From a bacterium (GTDB lineage: Bacteria > Hinthialibacterota > Hinthialibacteria > Hinthialibacterales > Hinthialibacteraceae): a stretch of DNA of 64,000 nucleotides. Positions 22,191-33,004 of this stretch are shown here, piece by piece (position 1 is the stretch's first letter; the number at the start of each line of letters is the position of its first letter). The position numbers and the translations under genes were made by a program. The notes under the pieces were generated by a model, which searched no databases, was not told where the DNA came from, and saw only the letters and a program-made list of their open reading frames with translations. The stretch lies in contig CAXXMV010000008.1 of assembly GCA_963662285.2 (NCBI GenBank), forward strand, positions 1,248,001-1,312,000. Reading direction: 5' to 3'.

Positions 22191-24071
22191 TTAACTTTTG
22201 TCAATCAATTCCATTGCATAAAGAATTTCCGTATTGGGATCAAAATTATAATTTTTCAGAATATCGTATTTTATTTCATAATCTGGACGAAATACTCTCC
22301 CCATTTTGGGATCGTCTCTGAAGTGAGTTGAATAAAGATGAGAAATTCCTCCCTTTAGCCAAGAGTAATTTAATGTAAACCCAACCCAGGCCCCACAAGC
22401 GTTACCAGCCTGGGATGAAGGTATACCAACAACCTTTCCTCCGGCTGCCCAATGATCGTACATAAAAGCATATCCAGAACTTGTCGTTAATGGGGAACAA
22501 AGTAGTAAAATATTTTGAGGCCGATAGTACCCGGAATAATCTTCCGATTGATATTCTTCCCAGAAAGTAACCGCCATAGAGGCTTCATCCTCAATTATTC
22601 GAATAGAATCTTCACGACTTAAATTGTCGCCTTGTTCGGGATAGGCGGAAAAGTCGTAATCTTCTTCGGTTAATTTGATTGGTTGATGTTTGTTGAAATC
22701 ATCAATATTCCATGCCGGATATTGTTTCCAGAAAAGAGGTGAATATTTTCTGATAATGATGCTTCTTTTGTCACTGAATGATATCAAGGCTTCTTTACCA
22801 TGTATGAAATAGAAAAAGATTGTGGAAATAAATGCATTGCCTCCTTGATTCCTCCTCAAATCAATAATCAAGTTTTCTGACTGATTCCTTTTCATTACCT
22901 CAACGAGCTCCCTAAATAATTCGGTGGCTGAAGGGATTCCGGCTACTAGCTCTTTTTTGCTTAATGGTGGAGGAGCGTCATTGAATTTTCGATATAACTG
23001 ATTTGCCAATCCTCTACGGAGAGAACCTTGAAGCGCCATTTCCATCTCAAAAGTTTCTCTGTACGTATACATATTTTCGATCAAAAGAAGGATTGTTTTC
23101 TTTTCTTCATCCATAAAACGGTATACATAATTGCTCTTCTCGGTAGATGGAAGTTTGACGGATGTTGTGGGCATAATCAGATTGTCTTGTCCTCTATTAT
23201 TCGGTTCTAAATCAAGTTTGGTTTCAAATCCTTGCGGATTTAGTAAACCAACATGGATAGTTTCACCTTTCCACTCCGGTATAAGGTGCTCCAACAATTT
23301 TTTATGCCAGAGCGAGCCGTCATAACCCAAATATCGCATTAACTGGAATTCATTGTCAAATCCTTTGATTTGGGCTTGTCGTTTAAGCAATTCATCAATC
23401 GATAAATTTTCCACAGATAACAGTTTGGATCCGATCAGATGCTTATCTTTGAGATCAATCACGCTTGCAACGTATAATTCATCTTCCACGGCTTGGAAAT
23501 AAAGTGGAATCCCCCCTGGGGATTGATTATCTAAATTAAAAGGAAGCCAAAATGAGGTATGTCCATCACCTGCTGCTGCCATAAATGGGCATAGGTGTCG
23601 ATAAAATTCAAGTTGTGTCATACCGTCTTGAGGAATTGTACGGATTATCTTCTGCATTCTCCGGTGAAATGCGATCTTACCGCCGCCAGGAAGATAGGGA
23701 TCAGGATGAGTCGTCTCCAGGATGGATGCCATCTGCCTTACATCGTCAACCAGGAAATCCCGGCTTATCTTCTGATTTAGATTTCTTTGTATGAAACTGA
23801 TCCACGGTTTCCAGACAATAATTAGGGCAATCAGCACACAGATAAAACAAGCCAGTCTTCTAAGCCGCTTGTTTTTGACAAATTGAAGCGTCAAGCCCAC
23901 GAATATCCCAAAGCCCATAAATAATCTGAAACCGGTCAGAAAATCCCGGAGTACAAAACCAGAAAACAGACTCATACCAATCCCCCAAACCAGCCAAAAG
24001 ATGAGAGGTCGATATTTTTTTAAGAATAGTTGAATGTTCATTAGTTTGATATCAGGAATAATCAGATTCAT
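22191..24071 (-). CDS. Membrane-anchored S41-family peptidase
   Basis: N-terminal TM helices; HPDPY, DGHT, LIIDLRRNQGG, TTSSG, VVGIPS. Confidence 0.8.
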   Translation of the reverse strand: MNLIIPDIKLMNIQLFLKKYRPLIFWLVWGIGMSLFSGFVLRDFLTGFRLFMGFGIFVGLTLQFVKNKRLRRLACFICVLIALIIVWKPWISFIQRNLNQKISRDFLVDDVRQMASILETTHPDPYLPGGGKIAFHRRMQKIIRTIPQDGMTQLEFYRHLCPFMAAAGDGHTSFWLPFNLDNQSPGGIPLYFQAVEDELYVASVIDLKDKHLIGSKLLSVENLSIDELLKRQAQIKGFDNEFQLMRYLGYDGSLWHKKLLEHLIPEWKGETIHVGLLNPQGFETKLDLEPNNRGQDNLIMPTTSVKLPSTEKSNYVYRFMDEEKKTILLLIENMYTYRETFEMEMALQGSLRRGLANQLYRKFNDAPPPLSKKELVAGIPSATELFRELVEVMKRNQSENLIIDLRRNQGGNAFISTIFFYFIHGKEALISFSDKRSIIIRKYSPLFWKQYPAWNIDDFNKHQPIKLTEEDYDFSAYPEQGDNLSREDSIRIIEDEASMAVTFWEEYQSEDYSGYYRPQNILLLCSPLTTSSGYAFMYDHWAAGGKVVGIPSSQAGNACGAWVGFTLNYSWLKGGISHLYSTHFRDDPKMGRVFRPDYEIKYDILKNYNFDPNTEILYAMELIDKS

Positions 24072-24106
24072 TTGAATGACCTCAATGTATTAATGTCGCC
24101 TTCATT

Positions 24107-24940
24107 TTATTCATTTATAAAATGAGACGTCATGACATGGTACAATTTCCCCGGAAAAGCGTTTTCAATCTGCTCGATGCTTTTCAACCCGAAAACAAAT
24201 GCAATAGTAATGGGATCTGCTCTATAGTCCGTATGGCCTTCATAAAATCCATAGCGCGTAATGTAATATGGAACCATTTCACTGAAATGAAAAGAGGTAA
24301 GTTCCTCTTCTGGCACAGCCATTTTCTGATCTGAAAGATGGGAGTACTTATCTTTTAAAAAGGCTTCTTCTACTGATGAGAGTTTTCTTTGAATGTCTAT
24401 ATCAAACCGGCCCCTTACATCATCGTGGAATATGGAGGCTTGCCACCCTTTCATACTTTCTGCTTTAAAATTAACTTGACAACCATTATAAAGAAAATAC
24501 TGGATATCAGAAAACCTTCTCATATTCCCATGTTTATACTCCTCGAGGATACTATTCCAAATATGAAAAAGCGGGTTGGCTAATTGCGGATGAGCCAGAT
24601 TCAGTCGTTTAACTAATTCGTTATCGCCTTGCAAAACAGAAATAATATCTTCATCTTCCGCCATAAAACCAGCCCCTGAAAATCTGCCTGGCCGACCAAT
24701 ATAATTAATAACGGAAATGGGTATCCCTGTTATCGTATCCCTTTTATTTAATTCTGCTTGGGAATGAAGTCCTGTTTTAGCCAGTTCTGGAAAATCACCG
24801 GTATTCACTGACAATTGGCTATCTTTCCCATACATACTCTTTATTTTATAGATATAAATTTGTATCGGAAAACCGGTTTTTGAGGCGAAACGTATGTTGT
24901 AGTCGCTCAAATCACATGTATTTTGTGAATTCACAATCAC
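24107..24940 (-). CDS. Hypothetical protein, possibly 5'-truncated
   Basis: 277-aa ORF with RFSGAGFM and RYGFYEGHTDYRADP; function unknown. Confidence 0.6.
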   Translation of the reverse strand: MIVNSQNTCDLSDYNIRFASKTGFPIQIYIYKIKSMYGKDSQLSVNTGDFPELAKTGLHSQAELNKRDTITGIPISVINYIGRPGRFSGAGFMAEDEDIISVLQGDNELVKRLNLAHPQLANPLFHIWNSILEEYKHGNMRRFSDIQYFLYNGCQVNFKAESMKGWQASIFHDDVRGRFDIDIQRKLSSVEEAFLKDKYSHLSDQKMAVPEEELTSFHFSEMVPYYITRYGFYEGHTDYRADPITIAFVFGLKSIEQIENAFPGKLYHVMTSHFINE

Positions 24941-25458
24941 TTTGACGATAAATCTCAGCCAAATTAGTTTGAGAAGAAAGATGAAAGAGATAAATCATTG
25001 AGGATATTAGTTTATAGGGCTGATGGTCATTTTCTATTAACAGAAGCAGATTTTTATTGGGTGTATCTGGTAATAGACATAGCTAGATAAGCTGAGCGCT
25101 ACGTCCTATTTTTATGAATCTTTGCATGAATAATAATTCTGAATCGAAAATGTTGAGTGATTCTACTTGGAACCCTTTGGTTCCTTCTATTTGTAAGGAT
25201 ACCTTCTACTTTTTTCTCCAAATATTAATCGGTCATCAAAAAGCGCTTCTATTAGTGAAAGTGCCTAATGGATTAATCTCGATAGTAAAGTCGCAATAGT
25301 GAGCGTGCAGTTGTATAAAGTGATAATTCAGGAATTCTTGAAAATCGTATTGTTATAAAATTGTTAGAATCTTACAATTCATGATTCTCATCATTAATGA
25401 AATCAAATAAATACAGCCACCCGTCTACGGATGCAAAAGAGGTGTACTTTCATCTCGG

Positions 25459-26193
25459 TTAAATAACTTTTTTCAGTCGATGCTTTATCCGTTGATTTGC
25501 GAATCGCCATAGGTCAGATGAGATAAAAAGATCGTGCTTTCCATGGCGATTTTGCTCAATATAGAAATCGTTTTTCAGAACGAAACCTGTGGTTGATCGT
25601 TTAATGCCCGTCATATCGGCTATCTCTCGAAGCGAGAATCCATTAGCGGCCAAGATAAACACTTCTTTGACGATCCGACTAGTCTTTTTATCGATAACAA
25701 TCTGCTTTTGTTCCATCCGATATCCGAGCGGTGGACGGTTCATAAAGCGGTTATAGGATTTTGCTTTATCAATTCCTCGCCGGATTCTTGCCTGACGCAA
25801 TTCCGTTTCAAACTCAGAGAAGACTGCCCGTATTTTCGAAAACGCTTTCTCCGATGGCGTCTCACTTTTGCATTCATTGACGAACTGAATCGTTATCCCT
25901 TGTCTTTGCAGGTGAGTCGATAACCAACCATATTGGAATACGTCACGAGAAAGACGGTCGGATTCGGTGGCGATGACGGCGTGAACAGACGGATTGATCG
26001 CTTCGATCATCGCCATAAGACCGGAACGATCGAACAACCGCGTTCCACTGCTCTGATCCTCGAAGATTTCAAGAAGCTGTAACTGATTCTTCTCGCAGTA
26101 TTTTTCTATTTCCGAACGCTGACCATCGAGTGAAAATCCTTTTCCCTGCTCACCGGTTGAGACGCGAATATACCCATATACTTTTGGATTCAT
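25459..26193 (-). CDS. Serine recombinase (resolvase domain plus short recombinase domain)
   Basis: YGYIRVST..Q..G.SL.GQ, SGT..DRSGL, DRLSR, PPLGYR. Confidence 0.9.
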   Translation of the reverse strand: MNPKVYGYIRVSTGEQGKGFSLDGQRSEIEKYCEKNQLQLLEIFEDQSSGTRLFDRSGLMAMIEAINPSVHAVIATESDRLSRDVFQYGWLSTHLQRQGITIQFVNECKSETPSEKAFSKIRAVFSEFETELRQARIRRGIDKAKSYNRFMNRPPLGYRMEQKQIVIDKKTSRIVKEVFILAANGFSLREIADMTGIKRSTTGFVLKNDFYIEQNRHGKHDLFISSDLWRFANQRIKHRLKKVI

Positions 26194-26342
26194 TGACGAC
26201 TCACCACTCGTAACACGATGTCGCCACGATCGATGAATACTTCCAGTTTGTCTCCTTTCTGGAGACGAAGCGCTTTTGCCACTCCTGAGGGGATAGTAAT
26301 CGTGTACTGGCCGTTACTATCTTGCCGTCGTAACACAACCAT
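26190..26342 (-). CDS. AbrB/MazE-like DNA-binding protein
   Basis: NGQYTITIPSGVAKALRLQKGDKLEV; overlaps the recombinase start. Confidence 0.75.
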   Translation of the reverse strand: MVVLRRQDSNGQYTITIPSGVAKALRLQKGDKLEVFIDRGDIVLRVVSRQ

Positions 26343-26502
26343 GTTTTGAGAAAGCCGTTTCCCTCTCTTTTTGTAAAAAGTAAGGTTTGAGTTCATTGAA
26401 AGAGCCATGCACGGATTATGCATGGCTCTATATATAAATTTATGCTTAAACTGCCCGCTTACGGAATGTCCAGGAAGGTAGACCTTCTTGGACGATTGAT
26501 TA

Positions 26503-27801
26503 CTACACATCAGTCGTTTCGCTTCTTTCGCTATTTTCGCATGACATTAAACGAATTGAATTGACGGACCGGCCTGCCGTAGGACGCTGAAAACATTCAG
26601 CTTTTCTTTTAGATTCAAGATACTTGACTGCTTCCTTGATTTCGCTCGATTTTTTATGCCGCCGGAAAAGATTGTGAATGTCGGTTAGTGTGCATTCATT
26701 AACTTCCTCAAGATGTTCCATAATTCGATCGGCGATTTCGTTGCGCTCTTCATCATCGAAAATAATCCGCACTGATTCTTCTGCGTAACGCCAGAATGCA
26801 AGAGCGGATTCCAGGTGTTGCACGTCAATGCTCGAACTCCGGTCAATCAAAGCGTAAAGAAAAGACAACCGGCGCAGTTGGATTTCTGCACGACCACAAA
26901 TTTGTCCTTCGATACCGCATCTTTCTGCAGAGAACTCTTTATAAATTGAACACCACAATTCGCTCGCAGCTGGAGTCAGATCCAACGTTTGTTGCGCTCG
27001 AGCGTAAATGAGAACATTCAGAAGCCAGTTTTGATAACGGGCAAGTTCTTCATCACAAAGGCGTTCAGGCAGAGGGACTAATTTCGACCGGTATGTAAGA
27101 ATCCATATAAAGCGATTAGCGAAACCATTGGCTGCATCAACCCGGCGGAGAAGTTTTCTTAGTTCCTGGATAGTGATATGAGCAAGAATGACCAAGTGCG
27201 CGTCTGTAGTGGATATGTTTGATGTTTTCGTTAATGGCCCACAGTCTCCAGACTCCCATAGACATCGCAAAATTGTGTTCAATTTGTCGTTGCTCTTCCG
27301 AAATGATGATAGCGTTCCAGCGAATTCTTCCTCAACGATCAACAGTCTTTTGTCTTCAATGCCCGGATCGATAATTTCAGTTCTATCCTGAGAATAGATT
27401 TGATCTCGAAGCGCGAAAACAATTCCTTCGCCCGTACTCATTGGGCCGGGGGACTGGGCGCATTGTGTCCACTGGCTGGAGTCGAAATCAAACAGACGCT
27501 TGATGGGCGCCCATGATGTTCCTTTTCTTGCTTTCGAGCTTTTTCCAACGATCGCGGTAAACAAACGGCCCGAATGCTTTTTATCACCGATATAAAAATG
27601 CGGGCTAGAGCCAATTTCTCCGGCGAATCGAGTAAGAAATCCTCCCAATAAGGCCGTTGAATTTGCTTCGCTGTAAGCAGTTACTGAATTAATATACTCA
27701 CCCAACATTCCTGGCGTCGCTTCCTTCGAGAGGATCGGCATTCCATCGATGGGCAGATCAATTGTTGAATGATTATGATCATTATTCTCTGTTATGGTCA
27801 T
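26503..27801 (-). CDS. DUF3987/YfjI-like ATPase with C-terminal wHTH (mobile-element replication associated)
   Basis: IVGKSSKARKGTS, STGEGIV, LLIVEEEF, LRCLWE, NGFANRF. Confidence 0.8.
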   Translation of the reverse strand: MTITENNDHNHSTIDLPIDGMPILSKEATPGMLGEYINSVTAYSEANSTALLGGFLTRFAGEIGSSPHFYIGDKKHSGRLFTAIVGKSSKARKGTSWAPIKRLFDFDSSQWTQCAQSPGPMSTGEGIVFALRDQIYSQDRTEIIDPGIEDKRLLIVEEEFAGTLSSFRKSNDKLNTILRCLWESGDCGPLTKTSNISTTDAHLVILAHITIQELRKLLRRVDAANGFANRFIWILTYRSKLVPLPERLCDEELARYQNWLLNVLIYARAQQTLDLTPAASELWCSIYKEFSAERCGIEGQICGRAEIQLRRLSFLYALIDRSSSIDVQHLESALAFWRYAEESVRIIFDDEERNEIADRIMEHLEEVNECTLTDIHNLFRRHKKSSEIKEAVKYLESKRKAECFQRPTAGRSVNSIRLMSCENSERSETTDV

Positions 27802-27844
27802 AGTAGTCTCCTATACCATATCCCCTTCCACCAGGGATAAGAAA

Positions 27845-28339
27845 TCAGCCTGTAACAAAATCTCCTAAGAAAAAGACATCTTCGATACCATCAATGGAAG
27901 GATCGGGATACCATTGAAAAAATGGCGAACAATAAATAAAAGAGTTGCTTCGTCCGAGCGATGCAAGCAACGGAACCTTTTACAAATCTTTCGGAGAATC
28001 GATTTGTACGCCGATTCGAATATTACTAGTCCACCGCAGTTCTCTGGAGATACTAAGTAGCCGTTTAGGATGATTGGTAATCAAAAAATAAACAGGACGC
28101 CCCATACGCGTCATCAACAAATGCGCCCCATAGATTACATTCACAGGAACGCCTGGATGATAAAGATCGTCCATTGAGTCTATCAACACGGGTTTCGAAG
28201 AATTGTTATTATTCATGTCATTCAGTACAAAACCAGGATCTTTCGCAAGGGAATCTGCATTAAATGGCAGCATAATAACTGGATGCCAGGTATGTACATC
28301 AATGGGCCTTTGTGTAGTCAACATGGTTCTATCCTCCAA
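27845..28339 (-). pseudogene. Degenerate DUF5131 (phage Gp37/Gp68-like) protein with in-frame TAA
   Basis: TWHPV, DSMDDLYH, LITNHPKRL, NIRIGVQI; after the TAA at 27980 the frame continues KVPLL..CSPF..IDGIEDVFFLG. Confidence 0.5.
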
Positions 28340-28348
28340 GTTATCGAG

Positions 28349-29125
28349 TTAAAAATCTTCTTCATCACAGATATCGATAGTGGCAACAATTTCGTCATCA
28401 TTTATCGAACGAATTTCAAGGTGCAGGTTTGCGAGAATACTCCCAGACCGGAAAAAGGCGACCTTTTTACCGTTAAAAAAAGCATGAAGCGATCCTGAAA
28501 CTACGGCGTCAGCGTGTCTGTCATTCAGATCGGTGATCTTGACGCCACATGAGCCCATCTCTTTCATAATCTCGGTTTTTAGGTTCTCTTCCCAAACGCT
28601 CTTAGAACCGATGATCGATTCGAGATCGCGTTTTTCCGATTCTTCCCATTTCCCCTGGAAGATGGTTGAAAACTCCATCTTTACACCTTCATAGCGCATC
28701 CGTTTCAAGCCATGGTCAGAAAAAAACGATCCGATCTCATCCCATTCTTTAAAGGCTTGAAATGGAATTGGCCGATTGTTGAATTCACGAAATGAGCGCT
28801 CACTGTTCTTGGATTGATCTCTTCTACGAAGATCCTCGATACGTGAGCTCTCTTTTTCAAAGCGTAAACGGTCAAATGATGGCTCATTTCTACGCGGTGT
28901 TTCAAAGCCGGATTTTGAGATGGGGCGTTTTGTCGGTTCTCTACGGATTTGACTTATTCGACGAGGTTCTGTTGTTTTCTCTGAAAAAGATGCGGTCTGA
29001 TGCGCATCAACATACGCGTCAGAATTATCATTATGACCACCGCATCCGATACAGACAAATCCTATCCATAGAGTCCATACGATCGTAAATCCAATTATTA
29101 CAGAGTGTTTTTGTGTTTTCTTCAT
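28349..29125 (-). CDS. Putative lipoprotein / exported hypothetical protein
   Basis: Hydrophobic leader ending in CIGC. Confidence 0.65.
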   Translation of the reverse strand: MKKTQKHSVIIGFTIVWTLWIGFVCIGCGGHNDNSDAYVDAHQTASFSEKTTEPRRISQIRREPTKRPISKSGFETPRRNEPSFDRLRFEKESSRIEDLRRRDQSKNSERSFREFNNRPIPFQAFKEWDEIGSFFSDHGLKRMRYEGVKMEFSTIFQGKWEESEKRDLESIIGSKSVWEENLKTEIMKEMGSCGVKITDLNDRHADAVVSGSLHAFFNGKKVAFFRSGSILANLHLEIRSINDDEIVATIDICDEEDF

Positions 29126-29326
29126 GATTCGTATCCTTTCATTGATTTCCTACTCAATTAGATATAATTGAAAATCTCTTTATCTCGATTTTTTTTTCGA
29201 TCCGGTAGATTTTTTACCGGACCTTCTTGTAACGCTGATTAAATTTTCCTCCCTTGTTCTTTTTAGATAGAAAAACATGGAACTTTTTTTAAAAAATCAT
29301 TAAAGAACTTATCTATGTTGATATAG

Positions 29327-30028
29327 ATGGAATTTCTTAAGGAGAGAAAAATGTTTGGAAAATCAAAACCAAAAAGAGGAATCATCCCTGAGTGTGAATT
29401 TTGCGCATTAGAACATTGTGAATGCTGTCCGTATTACAACGAAGAGGATAAAAAACAATATGAGCGGCAAGAACAGCGCAGGCATCCCCCCAAATCGCAT
29501 TTTTCTGGAGGGCCCTTCGTTTTCCCGGATGAAAGTGAATCGAAAGGATCTAAAAAAGATCGTTCCGATAGAAAAGTGTTTCCAGATTACTTAGATGAAT
29601 TCTATCAAAGTTATAAATCGAAAGTTTCCGACAAACCATTAGATCCAGAATTTGAAAAAATGATACTTGATGTATTTTCTCCACTTTTGAATCATTCACC
29701 AAATAAAGACGAAGAAAATCCAGAGGAAGATGATGGATTTGATAATTCTGGGAAGGAATTTAACCCGGACTTCGCGAAAATGCTTCAGGATGCTTTTTCT
29801 CCTCTTTTAAATGACTCAGCAAAGGATAATGAAGCAAATCCTAATGAACGTGATGAGTCAGGTGATGAGGATTCTGAAAATGAGGATAACAGAGCTGATA
29901 GTGATGAATCAAATGAAGATGGCTATTTAGATGCTTATGAAAATTGTGAAGAGGATTACTACTCTGATTACGATGATGCTTACTATTACGAGAATGAATA
30001 CAATAGCGATAACGAAAGTGATTCTTAA
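29327..30028 (+). CDS. Highly acidic protein with Cys cluster and internal repeat
   Basis: CEFC..HCECCPY; (D/N)P.F.KM..D.FSPLLN.S twice; D/E/Y-rich tail. Confidence 0.65.
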   Translation: MEFLKERKMFGKSKPKRGIIPECEFCALEHCECCPYYNEEDKKQYERQEQRRHPPKSHFSGGPFVFPDESESKGSKKDRSDRKVFPDYLDEFYQSYKSKVSDKPLDPEFEKMILDVFSPLLNHSPNKDEENPEEDDGFDNSGKEFNPDFAKMLQDAFSPLLNDSAKDNEANPNERDESGDEDSENEDNRADSDESNEDGYLDAYENCEEDYYSDYDDAYYYENEYNSDNESDS

Positions 30029-30056
30029 TAATTGACCGTAGAGGAGATTTTGAATA

Positions 30057-31364
30057 ATGATACTGAATGTGACGCCCCAATATCCACCGGAGATCGGCGG
30101 CATGCAGGTTTTTGGCTATGAATTAGCAAAACGACTTCAATTGAACGGAATATGTTACAGAACATTGACAACCAGACCCGTAACTGAGAAAAAAGCGCAA
30201 GAAGCGTACAAATTCGACGAAAACCATCCCATAAAAGTTGATCGAGCCTTGCCGCCTGATAATTTTTTCAAGCGCCTTCATTTTCTTCGCGATTACGCTT
30301 CATGCCATGATACCGATGCGGTTTATTCATCCCAAATCGCATACACCCCCGCGTTCGATGATATTGCTCCAGTAATCTGCCGTAGCGCTGGAAACGATAT
30401 ACTGCGAGCTTGGGAAGGTCCATGTGATTTGTCGAATGGCTCTATGGATCATTTATCCATGGAAAAACAACGAGTGATGAGGAGAAAAAATCGGGCATGG
30501 GCACTATATGCAAGCCGCAAATGCCGGGCGATCTTGTGCAACAGCGAATGGACTAAGAGCCAACTGCACCAGAAAGGTTTCGATAACCTTCACGTAGTAA
30601 AAGGCGGCGTTGATATAAATACTTTTCGTCCTCTCGTTCCGTATTTTCGTTATATCCATATCTATGAATCGAAAGAATTGACACTATTTATTGCAGCCCG
30701 GCATGTTCTTAAAAAAGGAATCGATACCGCAATCGAGGCTATCGCCAAAATCAATAATCCCAGTTTGCATCTATACATTGCTGGAATCGGACCTGAAACC
30801 AGGAATTTAATCTCTATGAGCCACGAGTTGGAAGTGGACCGGCAAGTTACTTTTATCGGACCATTAAGTCACGAAGAAACCGCTCAATGGATGGCGTGGT
30901 CTCATATAATATTAATGCCCAGCCGTAATGTTTACGATCCGCGCAAGCGCGCTATGGATTATGAGACCATGGGGCGGACAATCTGCGAAGCCTCCGCATG
31001 CGGTGTACCAGTGATCGCATCGAACTGTGGGGGTATCCCGGAAATGGTTAAGGATGGTGAAACCGGAATTCTTGTACGGCCAAACGATCCGGACCAATTG
31101 GCGGAAATGATAATCCATCTTTCAGAACGGCGCGAGCTGATTGAGCGAATGGGGTCGGCAGGGCGCGAATACGCCGTCAATGAATTATCGTTCGATATTG
31201 TATACGCCAAAGTAATGCATTTCATTAACGAAGTGACAAACGCAAGAAAAGAAAACATGGGGCAAGGGGACGCCTTATCCCCATGCCCGCAAAGTCCGGA
31301 AGCGAGTTTGGCGGCGAATCAATCAATACCGGTCTTTACGAAACCAGATTCCCCAAGCGATTAA
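30057..31364 (+). CDS. GT4 glycosyltransferase (PimA-like)
   Basis: YPPEIGGMQ, ARHVLKKGID, ETMGRTICEASACGVPVIAS. Confidence 0.88.
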   Translation: MILNVTPQYPPEIGGMQVFGYELAKRLQLNGICYRTLTTRPVTEKKAQEAYKFDENHPIKVDRALPPDNFFKRLHFLRDYASCHDTDAVYSSQIAYTPAFDDIAPVICRSAGNDILRAWEGPCDLSNGSMDHLSMEKQRVMRRKNRAWALYASRKCRAILCNSEWTKSQLHQKGFDNLHVVKGGVDINTFRPLVPYFRYIHIYESKELTLFIAARHVLKKGIDTAIEAIAKINNPSLHLYIAGIGPETRNLISMSHELEVDRQVTFIGPLSHEETAQWMAWSHIILMPSRNVYDPRKRAMDYETMGRTICEASACGVPVIASNCGGIPEMVKDGETGILVRPNDPDQLAEMIIHLSERRELIERMGSAGREYAVNELSFDIVYAKVMHFINEVTNARKENMGQGDALSPCPQSPEASLAANQSIPVFTKPDSPSD

Positions 31365-31407
31365 TGCCATCAGCAGAAATCCCAGGGGATGGATGCATAC
31401 CCACCGT

Positions 31408-31854
31408 TCAAAAACCAGGAATATATCCTGGATCGGCATGATTGGTTCGGGTGTTGGATGCATAATTCGAGTCTCCTTTCCGATCTTCGATGTATTCCGC
31501 CTTCGTTACCGGGGCCTGATTCTGGGGTTGAGTACTGCCAAGGCGCAGGAGTTGGAACTCGCGCAAATCGGCTACTATTTCGGTGACATAGCGCGTCTCG
31601 CCGTTCTTATCATAAGAACTGGTGATTACGCGCCCGCGAAATTCCACCGGTTTGCCCTTGCCTTCTCTTACTAGGAGAGCACGAAGTTTTTCCGGTGCGC
31701 GAAAAAGCACGCAAGGGATGAACTCCACTTTGGCTTGCTTGGCTTCACTGTCGTAGCCAGATTGACAGGCCACGGTAAACTTGAGCGTTTCCTGCTCTTT
31801 TCCAAACGTGACGGCGTTCTTAGCCAGCCGTCCAGATATCACTGCTGTATTCAC
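31408..31854 (-). CDS. ssb: Single-stranded DNA-binding protein
   Basis: MNTAVISGRL, EFIPCVLF, KGKPVEFRGRVITSSY, YVTEIVA, and a C-terminal IPGF tail. Confidence 0.85.
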   Translation of the reverse strand: MNTAVISGRLAKNAVTFGKEQETLKFTVACQSGYDSEAKQAKVEFIPCVLFRAPEKLRALLVREGKGKPVEFRGRVITSSYDKNGETRYVTEIVADLREFQLLRLGSTQPQNQAPVTKAEYIEDRKGDSNYASNTRTNHADPGYIPGF

Positions 31855-32073
31855 TTCTTACACCTCGGTTTGTTGATCCGCTTCCGCCGCCTCCTGACCG
31901 ATGTCTCTTCGAGACACCTTTAATAACAACATGCTTCTATATTTATTTTTCGGTTCTTCAACATAGAGATAGGAAAGGTCGGGTGTTCGATTTCAAATAC
32001 GATGCCCTGCAACGATGGATGAAACAGGGTGTCCTCCATCGCCGCGAGGATTTAAAACAAAAAGGGTGAGAAC

Positions 32074-32496
32074 ATGTACGAAAACCTAAAAAAAACCCAA
32101 GTAAAAGAAGAATACGTTGCCGATAGGCAAAACGAAAACGCAGACAAGAATTCGAGTGCGCCAATCCAGGTGTATGACGTCAAAAACGTTCGGGCCGCGG
32201 TATTCGAGAAAGTTGTTACAACCAAAGAGGGTAACCAGAAGAAATACCTGAACATATCGTTCGGAAAGAGGTATCAGGATAAGGAAGGCAAATGGAAAAC
32301 GTCTTATTCGCTCGATCCGGATGAGATTGAACCGGCCATAGGAATTCTGTGTGATGTGAGAAAATTTCTCAAAGGCCTTGAAGACAAACAACCAGCTCCG
32401 CCCTCCGGGGCTGGCTCTTTTTCTTTACCGTCACAAGAAGTCGCAACCGTTTATTTCGCGGAAATGAATGCGCCGGAATGGCTGGAGACTATATAA
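32074..32496 (+). CDS. PC4/Whirly-like putative ssDNA-binding protein, paralog 1
   Basis: PIQVYDVKNVRAAVFE..YLNISFGKRYQDKEGKWKTSYSL. Confidence 0.6.
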   Translation: MYENLKKTQVKEEYVADRQNENADKNSSAPIQVYDVKNVRAAVFEKVVTTKEGNQKKYLNISFGKRYQDKEGKWKTSYSLDPDEIEPAIGILCDVRKFLKGLEDKQPAPPSGAGSFSLPSQEVATVYFAEMNAPEWLETI

Positions 32497-32510
32497 GTGG
32501 GGTGAGATGA

Positions 32511-32915
32511 ATGGAAGCGAAAAATGCGGATATGGGTGAGAGTTACCCGTCATCGGTTCAGGAATGTCAATTTGAACCAGTAGGAGATTGGATTGCGCGT
32601 GAGTTTGATTTTATCCCCACACATGCGGTTTCTGTATTGTACGAGCTGGGACGAGATCAGTTAGAACGTCTAGACCGGCCTGATATTAACGAACAACTCA
32701 TTATTTTCCCCGCAGGATGGGTCGTAATGTTTCATCCGCGTGAATTGGAAATTGAACGATTTATCAAGCAGAATCCGGCGATTATTGCAGATTGCGGCTT
32801 TCTTGTTTATGACTCTGAGTCTTTCGGAATTCTTCTTGGAATGGATAAACCAGGTTTTGTTTTCTATTCAGAATGTTGGGAAAAACTCCAGAGAACACTC
32901 TTACGGATAAAATGA
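32511..32915 (+). CDS. Hypothetical protein of a type seen on mobile elements
   Basis: WIAREFDFIP..CGFLVYDSESFG.LLGMD.PGF.FY..CW. Confidence 0.6.
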   Translation: MEAKNADMGESYPSSVQECQFEPVGDWIAREFDFIPTHAVSVLYELGRDQLERLDRPDINEQLIIFPAGWVVMFHPRELEIERFIKQNPAIIADCGFLVYDSESFGILLGMDKPGFVFYSECWEKLQRTLLRIK

Positions 32916-33004
32916 TTTTTTTTATTGAAACATTTGCCAGGTATCACTTAAACGTGGGTGATACCTGACTCAGGTATTAAACAAAAATGAATGAGGTGAA
33001 CTGA

